DNA of 64,000 nucleotides from the human T2T-CHM13v2.0 reference genome, Homo sapiens. Shown here one piece after another: positions 30,527-55,566 of this stretch (the first letter of the stretch is position 1; every line of letters starts with the position of its first letter). The notes under the pieces are model-generated. The model searched no databases. It had not been told where the DNA came from and saw nothing but the letters and a program-made list of their open reading frames with translations. The DNA is taken from NCBI RefSeq assembly GCF_009914755.1, contig NC_060933.1; one strand, given 5' to 3'. The position numbers were made by a program, and so were the translations under genes.

Positions 30527-31355
30527 TTCTTTTTATTATTATACTTTAAGTTTTAGGGTACATGTGCACAATGTGCAGGTTACATATGTATACATGTGCC
30601 ATGTTGGTGTGCTGCACCCAGTAACTCGTCATTTAACATTAGGTATATCTCCAAATGCTATCCCCCACCTTGCCCCACCCCACAACAGGCCCCAGTGTGT
30701 GATGTTCCCCTTCCTGTGTCCGTGTGTTGTCATTGTTCAATTCCCACCTATAAGTGAGAACATGCGGTGTTTGGTTTTTTGTCCTTGCAATAGTTTGCTG
30801 AGAATGATGGTTTCCAGCTTCATCCATGTCCCTACAAAGGACATGAACTCATCATTTTTGATGGCTGCATAGTATTCCATGGTGTATATGTGCCACATTT
30901 TCTCAATCCAGTCTATCATTGTTGGACATTTGGGTTGGTTCCAAGTCTTTGCTATTGTGAATAGTGCCACAATAAACATACGTGTGCATGTGTCTTTATA
31001 GCAGCATGATTTATAATCCTTTGGGTATATACCCAGTAATGGGATGGCTGGGTCAAATGGTATTTCTAGTTCTAGATCCCTGAGGAATTGCCACACTGAC
31101 TTCCACAATGGTTGAACTAGTTTACAGTCCCACCAACAGTGTAAAAGTATTTCTATTTCTCCAAATCCTCTCCAGCACCTGTTGTTTCCTGACTTTTTAA
31201 TGATCGCCATTCTAAGTGGTGTGAGATGGTATCTCATTGTGGTTTAGATTTGCATTTCTCTGATGGCCAGTGATGATGAGCATTTTTTCATGTGTCTTTT
31301 GGCTGCATAAATGTCTTCTTTTGAGAAGTGTCTGTTCATATCCTTCGCCCACTTT
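30527..31355 (-). mobile_element. 5'-truncated L1PA 3' end
   Basis: ORF2 C-terminus (ORF 30737..31237) and 3'UTR; TSD about AAGTCTWTTC. Confidence 0.93.
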
Positions 31356-31644
31356 AAAGTCTTTCCCAACTCAGCCAGTGTCCATTCCATTGTTCTGTCA
31401 TTAATCAGCCAAAAATTTTGCAGACATCCTTGATTCCTCACTTACCACACTCCACATCCAACCCATTCACAAGTCCTGTCTATTCCACCTTCAGGATGGC
31501 TAGAATCCAACCACTTTCACCACCTCCACTTGTTTCAGTCAGGTGCAGATCTCCACCATATCTCACCTGAATTATTCCAAGAGCCTTCTAGGTGGTCTCC
31601 TGCTTCCACCCCTGCCCCCTTATAGTCTATTCCCAAAAAAGGAA

Positions 31645-37155
<5,511 letters not shown>

Positions 37156-37156
37156 T

Positions 37157-37330
37157 TAAGGTATTACTTTTTTTAAAGACATAATGCTGTTGTACACATA
37201 ACAGACTGCAGCATAGTGTAAACAGAACTTTTATATGCACTAAGAAACCAAGACATTCATGGGGCTCGCTTTATTATGATGTTCACTTTATTGTGGTGGT
37301 CTGAACCAAATCTATATCTCTCAGGTAAGT
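37157..37330 (+). mobile_element. Tigger1 right-end fragment
   Basis: GACATAATGCT.TTG.ACAC...CTCGCTTTATT.TGAT.TTC.CTTTATTG.GGTGGTCTG terminal motif; the rest of the element is absent on the far side of the L1. Confidence 0.7.
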
Positions 37331-37421
37331 CTATTTATATGAATCAATTAAAAAGAGAAAAATATTTAATGATTAAATTTAATGAGGATAATAGGGATAA
37401 GAAGCACCATAAACAAGATCA

Positions 37422-37928
<507 letters not shown>

Positions 37929-38050
37929 TTAACAAAAGCCTGCCAATTGCCTCCACCTTCTTGTAGTTGAACTGACTGTGAGAAAGTTGGGAGTTACAGA
38001 ACACTTACTTATTGTAGAAAAAAAGAGCTTTAACAGCTCTTTTAACTTGA

Positions 38051-38404
<354 letters not shown>

Positions 38405-38552
38405 CAAATTTTGTTATTTTATAAATCCAAAAGAAGCAATGTCCTAGGGCGTAAGGCCCAGCTACCTTAATTCTCTGATGGAAAAAGACACGTATTTATA
38501 GACATAGTAATTTTACTAAGTCTGCAGTGTCCTTTCAAGCTAGCACCCTATA

Positions 38553-39050
38553 CTGGTACGAGGCAGAATAATGGCTCCTCAAAGATGTCCATAGCTTAGT
38601 TCCAAGAACCTGTGATTACATTACTTTACATGGCAAGGAGGAATTAAGGTTGCAGAAAGAAAGTTGCTGCCTTGAAAAAGGAGATTATTTTCTGATATAT
38701 CTGGGTGGGCCTAAAGGAATCCCAAAGGTTTTTCAAATGTGGAAGGGAGATTTAGCAGAGTTTGCGTCAGAGTAATGAGCCAAGAGAAAGACTTGACCAG
38801 CCAATGCTGGCTTTGAAGATGCAAATAGAGGGCCAGGAGCCAAGGAATGCTGGCAGCTTCTAAAGTCAGAAAAGGCAAAAAAACAGACTGTCTCCTACAG
38901 CCTCCAGAATGCCCTGTGAACACCTTAATTTTAGCACAGTGAGATCCATTTCAGACTTCTGATCTCAAGAACTGTAAGATAATAAATTTGTTTGGCTTTT
39001 AAGCCACTAAATTGTGGTAATTTATTACAATAGCAATGGGAAACTAATAA
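38553..39050 (+). mobile_element. MLT1D-like MaLR solo LTR
   Basis: GGCAGAATAATGGC...AAAGATGTCC start; AAGCCACTAA...GGAAACTAATA end. Confidence 0.75.
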
Positions 39051-39051
39051 A

Positions 39052-39836
39052 AGTGGTTTTAAAATATGATCACGAATTCTCTGACACTTGTCCCACTAAG
39101 TGTATGTCCTTCCTCTGAACAGGGTGGGCCTCTGTGACTGCCTCAATGAATAGAATTAAACAAGTCATGCTGCAAGACTTCTTTGGCTACATTAAAAACA
39201 GCCCGCTTGGGACACTTGCTTTTGGAACCCTGAGCTATGATTTAAGAAATCCAACTACCCTGAGGCCACCACCCTAGAAAAACCACAGAGAGAGAGAAAA
39301 AAGAAACAGAGAGAGAGAGAGAGAGAGCACGAGAGAGCGAGCATGAGAGAGACAGTATGCGTGACTGATCCCAGGAGCCCAGGTGTCTGAATCTTTTCAG
39401 CCTGGGTGCTAGTCATAAATGAAGAAGTCTTTGAACTATACTCAATAATAATTTGATTGTACACTTAAAAATAATTAAGAGTATAATTGGACACACAAAG
39501 AGTATAATTTGTAACACAAAGGATAAAAGCTTGAGGTGATAGATACTCCATTTACCCTGAGATTATTAAGCACTGCATGCCTGTATCAAAATACTTCATG
39601 TACCACAAAACTACGTATAAATGCTAGGTACTCACTTTTTTAAAAAGGAAATTTTAAAAAGGAGCTTTGAGATGATTAGCCCTTGCCATGTCTAATAACA
39701 ACTATATGAAAGACCGCAAGCAAAAAATGCCAGCTGAGCCCTTCCTAAATGGCGACCCAATATCAAGAACAAAATAAGTAGTTACCTTAAGCTGCTAAGT
39801 TTTGGGAGTAATTTGTTAAATAGCAACAAATAACAT
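39052..39836 (+). mobile_element. MLT1F/H-like MaLR LTR, interrupted by (GA)n and an L1 fragment
   Basis: Ends AAGCTGCTAAGTTTTGGGAGTAATTTGTTA..TAGCAACAAATAAC. Confidence 0.55.
39440..39660 (+). mobile_element. Older L1 (L1MA/L1PB-type) 3' end inserted in an MaLR LTR
   Basis: GTAACACAAAGGATAAA.GCTTGAGGTGAT...GCATGCCTGTATCAAAATA motif. Confidence 0.6.
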
Positions 39837-39989
39837 GCTCAACAATATATGCTAAGGAATTATCTTTTTCATTACTTGAACTCAAAAGATAAGTACTTTT
39901 TTCAGTCATTTATGAAACAACTTCTCTCATTCCACATATGTTTTGAACATGCCAACATTGCTCAAATATCACCTCACATTAGTACTTAC

Positions 39990-40534
39990 CTTGATACCAA
40001 AAGTGCATACTGTCATTATGATTTTAAATAGGAGTGCCAGGCATTAGTGCATTGAGCTGAATATACTCCAATGCCTACTGGATTATCAGGAATGTCATAG
40101 AAAATTTTATTGGCATTCATGTCATTTTGGTAGTCACAAAGAGAAGAGGATTCCAGGGGAAAACAGTGTGTAAAAAACTCTTTGATCAGTTCACTGGTGT
40201 TTACCCTGGTGTATGGATTAGGAAAGGCTATCACAGCCATAATGGCTGCAACGATAATGATTTCCAGAATGGGATACTTTCCAAATTTGGTGGACTTGTG
40301 TCGATGACACCAGGCAATACTTACCCTAATGAAAAAGGCTCCCCAAAGCCCTCCAAATACCCCTAGGAGAATAAAAGGAAACAGCTCAAAAATGTATGAT
40401 GGTGTGTCATACTCCACATAAAAAAGGACCAGATGGCTGTTACCAAATGGATTGATGGACCTCAAAACAAATGCAGCCACTAAAGCAGCAAAAAATGATC
40501 TCCATAAAGTTTTGAGAGGAAAATAATAGCTAAC
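39990..40534 (-). pseudogene. CLCN3P1: CLCN3-like exon 9 ([15 protein letters not shown]...FGIK) with dead acceptor and 1-nt frameshift
   Basis: ORF 40016..40567; acceptor reads TG not AG; the frame slips after GVYSA; ends ATCAAG|gtaagt; 545 nt. Confidence 0.92.
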
Positions 40535-41595
40535 CAAAAAAAAGAAAAGAAAAAGTAATGGTATCATTTTATAAGATGTTTCTGATATATTATAAATTGA
40601 ATGGTAAATAGCCTAGCTCTAAATTTTGCTGTAGTTAGAATTTATACATAATGGATTTTACTGTAATAAGAAAAATTGATGTTATTATTACTTTTGGAGA
40701 TGGTGATCATCATTACGAATTCACAGTATCAATTTATTATAAATGTCTAATAAATGTTTAGAATATCTAGCACTGTTTTATTTTCAAAATGAGTTTCACA
40801 TTCATTTTAATCCCTAAACTTTAATCCCTAAAGTTTTGTTAAAGACATCTCAGCTATACTTCAACCTCTGCCTACAAACCACATTTTGGAAACAGTGGTG
40901 GAAACAAATTGCATCAGCACTCAGATTTCATTCTGCTATAACTTTCCAGAAGATCATGAAATTAAACTCAATTCAGTTAAGCCAGGTGAGAAACAGCATA
41001 CTACTCATCTTACCGCAAATACATACCTTTTAGATCTAAAGTTCAGCTAAAATAAAATTTTAAAAATATATCCATATGTCATCATGTAAAAAATACACAT
41101 ATAACATCCTAAACTCTAGAATATTCTTTGTAGATCATAGCAAACTAATCATTTAAATGCTGTAATGCCACAAATAAATATCTCTGATTTTCTTCAATGT
41201 ATGTCTACTTAGAAGGTTGATTTTACTAAATTATTTGATAATCATACTTTCATAATTCAAACCTCCCAATCTTGGTAATATATTAGTTTTAATAACTTGA
41301 CTTCTTAGTAACTTTACACAGATCCTACTGCAATAACTATCACTTCTTTTCTACTACAGCTCAAATATATTTGCGTGACAATCCAGTGGATTTGTTATAT
41401 GACTACGTAGTTAACTAATACAAAAGCTTCTTGAAACAATACTGCATTTAATTCTTTCTTGCTGCAATGTGTTGAGGATGGATCCATTTAATGAGGATGC
41501 AATCATCTAATATGTGATTAATTTTATAATTAACTGAATTGGAAACATTTTGCTGTATCAATTATTAACTCATCTTGAGACAAAGCAAGACTTAA

Positions 41596-41783
41596 CTCTA
41601 CTTGACTTATGATTAATTATGCCCGTGTTTTCCACCATAGACATTTATCCGTCTCTTCAAATCTTGTTTCATTAGATCCCCAACAGCACTTTTTGTGGTT
41701 GTACTACAATGCACTAAGGCAAACGCCCTCCTTTAAGTCAGTCATCCAGTCAGCAGTAATGCCTATTAATCTGGCCAAGGCCC
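41596..41783 (-). pseudogene. CLCN3P1: CLCN3-like exon 5 with two nonsense codons and a dead donor site
   Basis: [37 protein letters not shown]...; TAG at 41704-41706 and TAA at 41617-41619; donor reads TTAAGT instead of GTAAGT. Confidence 0.9.
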
Positions 41784-42980
41784 CTGTAAAAATATGTTGG
41801 AGATGGTCAAGAAATAAGTCAACTTTTTGGGAGTCGAGAACAATCCAGTTAAAAGGCAAGTGGAAAGCAGGAGACTCCTAAAAAAGGGTCAGGGTCATTT
41901 AAGAAGTATATATAAATTTAAGATTTTCAAATTTTAGTTATAAACATTTATTATATTTAAAAACTGTAAAGAGTAATTTTTTACAATAAAATTACTATTT
42001 TTGTTTGGAATTTTTAAAAGTTACATCATTCAAATTAATTGTGAACCAAAAAACAGCATTTAAAAGATATAGAAATATCTTCAAAAGACAGCTACTTGAC
42101 AGAAGGTTCACAAATCTAATTTTCAATCCATAATTAACAGACTTATAAGTGGTATCAATTTCATTTAAATTTAATGTTCATTAGAAATAATTATTGAAAT
42201 TCATAGTATTCCTATTTATGGTTTTTTCTTAAATTACAGAAAACCATATATCAAGATTATTTTACTGTGAGAATATAAAAAAATACAAATTTATGGTCAA
42301 ATCTGGGTCCTTCTTCTTATAGAAAAAGATCAGTGGGTTACATACGCAGAGGCCAGAACATTATTATGCATGCCAATTGGGATTATCAGTACTTACCTAC
42401 ATTCTCTACACAAAATTTAATTTTGTGGTCTTCTGAACACAATCTTCCATCATGGAAGCTGAAAGTGATTACAACTGGGCTTAATATTTGTTTTCAGGTC
42501 CTCAACAGCTATTTCTTAAAATCTCACACATTGGGACTTTGTGGCCACGCTGTAGAGCCGGGTGATGAAGGGGATAGGGTCTGGAACTCGACGGCTTTAA
42601 TTCAGACCCTGGCTTGGTCACTTGCTAAGTTGTATGACCTTCGTCAGACTAAGTTACTTTTCTTCAGCTTCAGTCCCCTCATCTGTAAAATGGCGATAAT
42701 GACAGCACTGGTATCATAGGATGCCGTGAGGTTTAAATACATGTAAACTTTTTAGAAGAGTGCACAACACATAGGAAGCACCCCATAAATATTGGCTATT
42801 TATTATGGTGTTAACATCAAAAGATACTTTATTGGTCACCTGATCCAAATCACTTATTTTACAGATATAGAAACTGAGCCCAGAAAGATCAACCAAGCTG
42901 GATAAACACTTAAAGTGACAGAGCCAAGACTAGACTTGGAAGCCTCTGCCTCCTAGTTTTATATTTAAGAAGATTTTATT

Positions 42981-46390
<3,410 letters not shown>

Positions 46391-46520
46391 GATTTTTTGA
46401 AGAAGAGAAACACATGCTCTTAAAAATCCAATGGTACCTGGAAAAAAATTGAAGGGAGGAAGGAGGAACCATTTATACTTCTGTTAACTAAAAAAGGATT
46501 GCTTGAAAAATTTTCTTTAC

Positions 46521-46626
46521 CTGGTGCCAATCCTATTAGTGTTACTACTAGCCATTTGTAACCTGACCACGCGTCATACAAACTTTTTGTCATTTCCCAT
46601 GCTGATTCTTTATTTTTGCTGTTGAT
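46521..46626 (-). pseudogene. CLCN3P1: CLCN3-like exon 4 ([35 protein letters not shown]) with 6-nt in-frame insertion
   Basis: tttcag|ATCAAC ... CCAG|gtaaag on the - strand; 106 nt versus 100 recalled for the parent. Confidence 0.9.
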
Positions 46627-46782
46627 CTGAAATTAGAAACATTTTTGTTTCATTTTTCAAACTATGAATAGAGGCCACAATTCTAGAATCTAGCAATTTT
46701 TCTCATTTACCATATATAGAACAGTAATTTCTGAACTAAATAATGGAAAAGGTAAGTTTGAGGCAAAATCACTACATTGTAG

Positions 46783-47001
<219 letters not shown>

Positions 47002-48513
47002 TAATAAGAACCTTGAGATTTGAGTGCAAAGGGTCCACAAACTACATAAAATCTGACCTAGATTGTTTTAAATTAAATCAAATTTGAACTTCAATTGGTA
47101 CACATAACTATATTTTATATATGTCTTCTGTAAGACAATATGGTTTGAATTGTCTGTCATTCTCTGATCCTAGCAGTTAAGTGGATTATAATGTTCTTTA
47201 AAAGATAGGATCTGTGTATAATAATACTATGCCCATAAATACAATGTGTTACAGAATAATCATGAGGACAAAGGGACCCCCTCAAAACTTATAGGCCTTT
47301 TAACATGCAGGTTTGGAGAGCGCTGATCCCATTGGTAGAGTCCAGAGGCTCTTTTTTTACTGTGTGAGGCAAAAGTGTCCTCTACTGGATATAGTGTAGG
47401 AAGTTAGGAGATTAACAAGAGAGTAATAGATTTGATCCAGATGAAGGTAAGTCTCACCTCTCTTACTAAGAATGTACTTCTAAACCTATCCCTAACTAGT
47501 CCACACCTCTTCTGTTCTACTAGGATTGTTGCTTTAAAAAGCCATATTCTCAGCCCAGGACTTCAGTACTCAACTGTTCTGAAGGAGGGCTACAGCTGGA
47601 ATTCAATGACCCAGTCTATTTCAAGCAACAGGTCTATTTGAAGTCACAATGCTTCATTAAAATGACACAGTCAGTTCTAATTTGAATGAGGCAATTTTAC
47701 TCCTTGTACCCTATAAGCAACCAAACACAGATATTATCCATTCTTTAGAAATAGAAATAGGTTATTTCTTTCAAAAATAATCACTAAACTCCTGTTGCTT
47801 TTCCTCAATAAAAATAAATGTAATATGTAAGAAAACATGATAATATTAAGTCATTTTCAGACTGAGTCACTGCTGTTTTCTTTATATAATTGCTTGCACA
47901 GCACCACAGTCAGGTCACTTAAGTAGTTGCTTGATAGCGTACCAAGTAAAAAAGATATATGTACAGAGAATTCAGTCATCACTTTCCTAACAAAAAATCT
48001 GGAAATCATTTAAATGTTCATCAATATAGCATCATATAAATAAATTGCAGAATATCTATGTAATGAAAAATTCTGCAGCAATTACAAAAGAATGAGATAG
48101 ATGTAGTGTTATGCAGGAAAAGGGCAAGATGGCTGAAAGTATGCTAAAAGACAGGAATATATATATATATATATATGCTTATATTTTTAAAAATCAGAAG
48201 ATAAACCATAAAGTTAGAAATGTAAATTGTTACTTTAAGGGGAAGAGGACAACAGGTTGGATGGGACAGAGACAGAAACTAGACTTCTTTGAACATACCT
48301 GTTTTGTACATTTAACTTTGGAATCATGGAAATATTTCATATATTTATAAAAAAAAAACTAAATCTAAAAAGCAAACCTTAAAAATTGAAGTAAAATTAA
48401 ACAAATCAAAGGTGCATCTAATTGGTAACATAATGATCCAGAAGAAACTATCCCAACGAACTTTACAACAAAGTAATTTGTATGTAAAACTGTGATGGAA
48501 TAAATAAAGGATA

Positions 48514-48705
48514 GGCCAGATATAGTGGCTCACACCTGTAATCTCTGCACTTTGGAAGGCAAAGGCAGGAGGATTGTTTGAGGCCAGGAGTTTCAGACCA
48601 GCCTGGGTAACATAGCAAGACCCAGTGTCTTTAAAAGAAAAAAAAAAAAAATGGCCAGGCATGGTGGTGTGCACCTGCAGTCCCAGTTAACTGGGAGGCT
48701 AGAGG
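48514..48705 (+). mobile_element. Partial AluJ
   Basis: Left monomer plus start of right monomer. Confidence 0.8.
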
Positions 48706-49537
48706 CAGATTACCTAAAATTTTTCAGTAGGCATACTGTTGGTGATGGTGTTGGTACTGTTATTCTGACAATGTCATATGTGTGTATTGTGGGGTAAGTG
48801 AAATGACTATGTTTGTGATGTTCAGATTTTTGGCAAGACTTAAAGGAAATGAAGATTTAAGAACTAGAGGTTTAGCCCTATAGTTATGAATTTAAACTAG
48901 AAGAGTCATATAAACTTAGGAGGCTAGAAACAATAGCCAACCCAGAAGTAACAAGTACCACCTAGTGCCCAGATTGTACCTATATTATATTTTGCTTCAA
49001 TGGAATCAGAGCTCCTTGGAGAAACGGCTGATTCCAGGTTTGCTGCAGGAAATGTCTACGATGAATTAGGATTAGTATTAGGATTATCTAAGGGCATGAC
49101 AAAGGACACAGATAGCAAACTAAATAAGCTCCCACTAATCTAAAATGGAATAACATGAACATCAATAACTATAATAACTGTGATGATTAAAACACAAATA
49201 TACTTAAATCCATGAGTCCACGAAGACACAGAAACAACAACCAAACAAGTAAAAAATCTCATTGGTCAACTTTGAGGATGCTAAGGAACCTAGTATTTCA
49301 AGATTTCTGCCTTTCCTGTACCATCTGTACTTCAGGGAATGCAAATGGTTGATGTGGGGTAAACTCTCTATAGAAATATGCAAGCCAATAATTAAAAAAG
49401 GAACAACAATTAAACTGCAACCATTTTGTAAAATACTGAAATGGTAATATTTGAAATTACAGAATATCAATTTGCTTCAAATAATCTGGGGTAGGAAGGA
49501 TACAAGTATAACAGAAGTTCACGGAACAAAAGAATTA

Positions 49538-49887
<350 letters not shown>

Positions 49888-50104
49888 TTAAAGAACAATA
49901 GTAAGAATATAAATGTGTGGAATTTCCTGGCTTTAAAAAATTTTGTTTATATAAGCATGGATCAAAATATCGAAAAATATTTGATTGGTCTAGATGATTA
50001 ATAAAATTAGCTAGGATACATGTTGGCTACTTCATATGTTGCTATACTATTTGCAATGTTTTCAAAGACTGTAGACTAACCATTAACAGACTCAGAGAAA
50101 AAAG

Positions 50105-50404
<300 letters not shown>

Positions 50405-50570
50405 GTTTTGGTTTCCTTTGGTCTCAGTTTTCTCTAAAATTTTATGAATATAGTGTCATGGATATTCTCCAGGTACTTTAAAATATATTTAAATCCCAAC
50501 TGTATTTACCTAATGATCATACAAGACACAGGATTTATAGTGTGTCTGAGCTAGGCACTTTGGATGAAAA

Positions 50571-52245
50571 TAGTGATTTTCAGAGTACAGTCCACGGACA
50601 CCTTGGAGGATCCCTGAAAACTTTTCACACTATAAATCCTGTGTCTTGTATGATCATTAGGTAAATACAATCATACTTAGAAGTATACATTCAGAGACAT
50701 TATCAGTATTCAGGCTGGGATTTAAGTGTATTTTAAAGTGTGGTACCTGGAGAGTATCCATGATACTATGTTCATAAAATTTTAGAGAAAACTGAGACCA
50801 AAGGAAACCAAAACAGGCTGGTCATGGTGGCTCATTGCTGTAATCCTAGTACTTTGGAAGACCGAGGCAGAGGATTGCTGGATAATACTGTTTACAAAAT
50901 AATACAAGACATTATGTGCCTTTTTCACTGTGTTAACATTTTTACTGAAAATGCAAAACCAATGGCAAAACTGCTGGCTCCTTAGTAAAAATGAGGCAGT
51001 GGCACTCAAATGTACTGGCAGTCATTACATTCTTGACTGCCATGCTTTCCAGTAAAATTAAATAAATAAATAAAATGCCAGTTTCAAATAAGAGCATCTT
51101 TGATGAGGAGTAAAAATTGCTACACCTCAATCACTGAGTATTTTTAATATTTTGTGTGATGAGAAAAGAACTATGCATAAGTAACTATGCAAAACTATAC
51201 ACGTCTGCTGCATATGGAAGCATGAGGTTATGTCCTAAATAAAAGCACTTGTATAATTTATTTGAGTTGCAAAATAAACTAGACACTTACATGGAATACC
51301 ATTTTTACTTGAAAGAGTGACACCAAATTATGGTTTTTCAAATTTGGGAATTTGACAGGTACTTTCTCAATAATGAAACCAAGTAATCCTGTCCTTTTTA
51401 AGTAAAATAAATGTGTATTTGTTTCCAATGATAGAATTTGAGCTCTCCAGTAAAAATTAGAATTTTAGGAAACTTGTATCTATCACCGTGAGGATGATAG
51501 GTTCCCAATACTTACAGACTTTTCTGAAGAGATCAAAGGTAAAATTAACAAATGTGATTTTTAAAATATTGTATTATACAATAAAGGTGTCAACATTTAA
51601 AAGATCCACATAAATCAGTGAATCAATATTTTCCAGATGATCATTGCATAATGTTACGAAATCATATATTCCAAGTTCAAGGTTCAAAATCAATGGTTAA
51701 TGTAACAGGAGACAAAGTTCATTGGTGCAGTTTCAAAGTACACCTTACAACTAATCTTTAAGAAATGAACGCTTGTCACTTTAGTGTAGTATCAAAGAAG
51801 AATATTTGCAATAATCTTAAAGACTATTAAAATACTCATAGCTTTTCCAACTATATTATCTGTGTATAAGGCTGACTTTTCTTCATAAACTTCCATAAAA
51901 GCAACATATAGCATATTGAATGCGAAAGCAGATATGAGAATCCAGCAGTGTTTTATTAAGCCAGACAACAATGAGATTTATAGCAAATGTAGCGCAATGT
52001 CATTCTCTCACTAAATATTTTTTGAAAATATATTTTTGTAAAAATGTTAGTTATGTTAACATGTAATGGGTTTTGTTACTGTTATTTTAAAATGAATTAG
52101 TTTTTTTTAAAAAGTCCTCAGTTTTAGTGTCTAATATGGTAAATATCTGTTGATAAAAACCACGTAAACCAAGGCTCCTTGGGGGTCTTCAATATTTTTA
52201 AAGAGTTTCAAGGGGATCTGACACCAAAAAGTTTAAGAATCACTG
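50571..52245 (+). mobile_element. Charlie1a-like hAT element, left end interrupted by an inverted duplication
   Basis: Left end AGTGATTTTCAGAGT..., right end ...AAAAAGTTTAAGAATCACTG; degenerate 8-bp TSD GATGAAAA/GATTAAAG. Confidence 0.7.
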
Positions 52246-52503
52246 GATTAAAGCACTGATTTCATGTACTGTATTTTTACATATGCCCTAAAGGTATATA
52301 TCATCTGATGAATCTCAGAAGCTCTACCTTTCATAAATAATGTAATGTAATTTCAATTTCAGGTTTCACACACGTATACATTAATATGGAAGCTTATAAT
52401 TAATTTGTGTAAATAGTCATTTTCATTGACAAGTAAATTTCCAATACCAAAATTATGTAGGGCCTTTTGAGATTTGGAATTTTATTTTTCAAAAAGATTT
52501 TCT

Positions 52504-52935
<432 letters not shown>

Positions 52936-52936
52936 A

Positions 52937-53075
52937 AGAAAGAAAGAATGAAAGAACGAAAGGAAGGAAGGAAGGATGGATGGATGGAAGGAAGGAAGGA
53001 AGGAAGGAAGGAAGAAAGGAAGGAAGGAAGGAAGAAAGGAAGGAAGGAAGAGAGGGAGGGAGGGAGGAAGGGAGG
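52937..53075. repeat. (GGAA)n-type purine-rich repeat derived from an Alu tail
   Basis: Seen directly. Confidence 0.9.
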
Positions 53076-53708
53076 ATTGATTTTGGATTACATTAGCAGT
53101 AGGTCACAACCACAAACAAAAAGGATCCAGAAATTGTATTTTTCTACGTTAAAGGCATTTTTTAAAAAAACACTTAGTGAATCATTACAACACTCAATAA
53201 GCCTTATTTGGGATCCACGCTGAGAAATATCTCAGAATCGAATACTGGAAAAGGGGATAAAAGAAAACAGTAAAACCCCACAAAACTATAAGTAGATTTC
53301 TTCTTTTTCAATAGGTAAGAGTTATGCAATGAGTTTCCTTTTTTTGCCTTAGCTTCTGGGCTGCTCAGAATCAAAAATCATGCTGACCTCCATATCTTGA
53401 ACTGGGCTTGTTCTTTCCCCCAACTCCTGTGCTGTATTTTTCCCTTTCCCTTTCCTTCTTATTTTGTCTTCTTACTGTATTTCCTTGTTTTTTAGCTACC
53501 TGAAATCCCTTCTGGAAATATATGGGGTATAAGTAAACTAAAAAAATTTAACACAGAAAAAGAAAAAAACATGTACCACCTATGAAATGTAGACATTTAC
53601 TTATATTAAATGTAAACATATTTTGGCAGCCTGAGATCATTGACAGAAATACATTATTAAATGATCTAATTATGCACTATGTTTTTTAAAATTACTAAAA
53701 ACACTTAC

Positions 53709-53866
53709 CCATCTATGCCTTTCTCTGTCTTTACATTTTTCTTGCACCCAGTCAATAGTATGGAAATCATCATATGTACCAACACCTGGAATTGGTTCAT
53801 CCAAAAGATCCAGTAAATGTGTAGAACTGTTAATGCTGCCTCCATTTGTCATTGTATAATGAGTTC
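53709..53866 (-). pseudogene. CLCN3P1: CLCN3-like exon 3 ([53 protein letters not shown])
   Basis: ctgtag|GAACTC ... TGG|gtaagt on the - strand; 158 nt; ORF 53670..53852. Confidence 0.92.
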
Positions 53867-54869
53867 CTACAGAGGAAAAAAGGAAAGATGAATATGTTTT
53901 AGAAGAGACAATAGTGAGCTATGTGACCTGAGAAGTTCATTAAGTCATACAGAAATAACATCACTTGAAATCATTTCAATTAGAGAAAAATGTTAAGAAA
54001 AATTATCCAAAACTTGGAAATAAGGCCAAAAGATTATGACATGTCCCTTTAAAGTAAAACCCAAATATCAACAATTAGCCTGCATAATAGTCACCTAATG
54101 CTCTGGAAAATTTTAAATGACTATTTACTACTGATTAGGAAATAGATTCTGTATAGAAAATGATTTGTAAAAGATAAATTGAAAATAGTAACTTTTATCT
54201 GCTAAAATGCAAATGAATTCTGTCCAGTAGAAAAAATAACCCTTAGAGTTGTGGTTTTGTTTGTTTTTGCCCTGTAAGAATTTGCTTTCTTTCACTGATG
54301 ATATACACTTAGTCTCATACATGCTCCTCTGAATCAGCCTTGTCATCAGGCTGGTTCCCTCACTAGAGTAAAATAAATCTTGGCTCATGTTCACTATATA
54401 TCTTATATGAGTATCACAGACTTGAGAAATGTATCAGGAAGGACATTAAAAGATAGCTCAAGAAAAAGAAGTACAAATGGCTTTTAAATATGAAAATAAG
54501 CTCAATCTAACACATAAAAAGAAATGCAAATCAAATCAACAATATCATTTTCCTCTATCAGATTAGTAAAGATAAAGTGTGTGAATGCATGAAGTTAGCA
54601 AAGCTATAAAGAAAGAGGCCCTATCACAAAATTAGTAGTTTGAATATGAACTGGAATAATCCCTTTGGGAAGGTAAAAATTAACAAAATTTAATATACAC
54701 AGAGCTCTTCAATCTAGCAAGTTCACTTCTAGGTTTTTTTCTTGCAGCTAGACTTGCATAAATCCTTGAATAAATCCATAAATTATGCACAATGTGGGCA
54801 GAACATCTTACTATGTGCTATAGAAAGAAAACAAAAACATATTAATGCCAAAGTGCTTATAATCTAAAA

Positions 54870-55070
54870 CAGGTTGGCAAAGAGCTAGAGTAAATATTTT
54901 AGGCTTTGGATGCCACACGGTTGCAACAACTCAATTCTGCCATAGTAGCACAAAAGAAATCATAGATAATATGTACATGAATGAGTCTGAATGTGTTCCA
55001 ATAAAACTTTATTTACAGAGCAGGTGAAGGACAGGATTTGGCACAGGGCTTGTAGTCTGTCAATCCCTGA
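54870..55070 (+). mobile_element. MER58A-like element (a second copy at about 22380-22560)
   Basis: GTAAATATTTTAGGCTTTG...GTTCCAATAAAACTTTATTTACA. Confidence 0.65.
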
Positions 55071-55566
55071 TCTAAAGTCTGTACAGCAGACTTTACAACT
55101 GAAGACTTTATTAAGAATTTTTTTTGTATAAATAGCACTTTTCTATACAGTGTCGGAGATACAAAGATAATAAAAAAAACTGTCCCTGACTTCCAGGTGC
55201 AATATAATATTTTTATAATGTAACAAATTATATTTCAAAACAAAGTTCAAATATTGAAATTCCCAGGTTCCAATATTCTTTGACTACCATTTTAGTCATC
55301 TTACCTATATTTAATTTGTTAAAAAGAAAGAAATCTTGGGACTGTAGTACCTGAAACTAGGTGGGATTAATCTAAGAAAATTTCCTTAAAAAATATGAAT
55401 TTCAAATTGAAATTTGAAATAAATTAGGCTATGGTTTTACAATGAGAATTATACCTATACATGCCATGTTAGATATGCTTAATACCTATTTCTGAAAGAA
55501 GAAACAAATGATGTGAGTATAGTCTGTAAAAGAAAATTTATATTACTGTTAGAAAAAGAGATTTTG

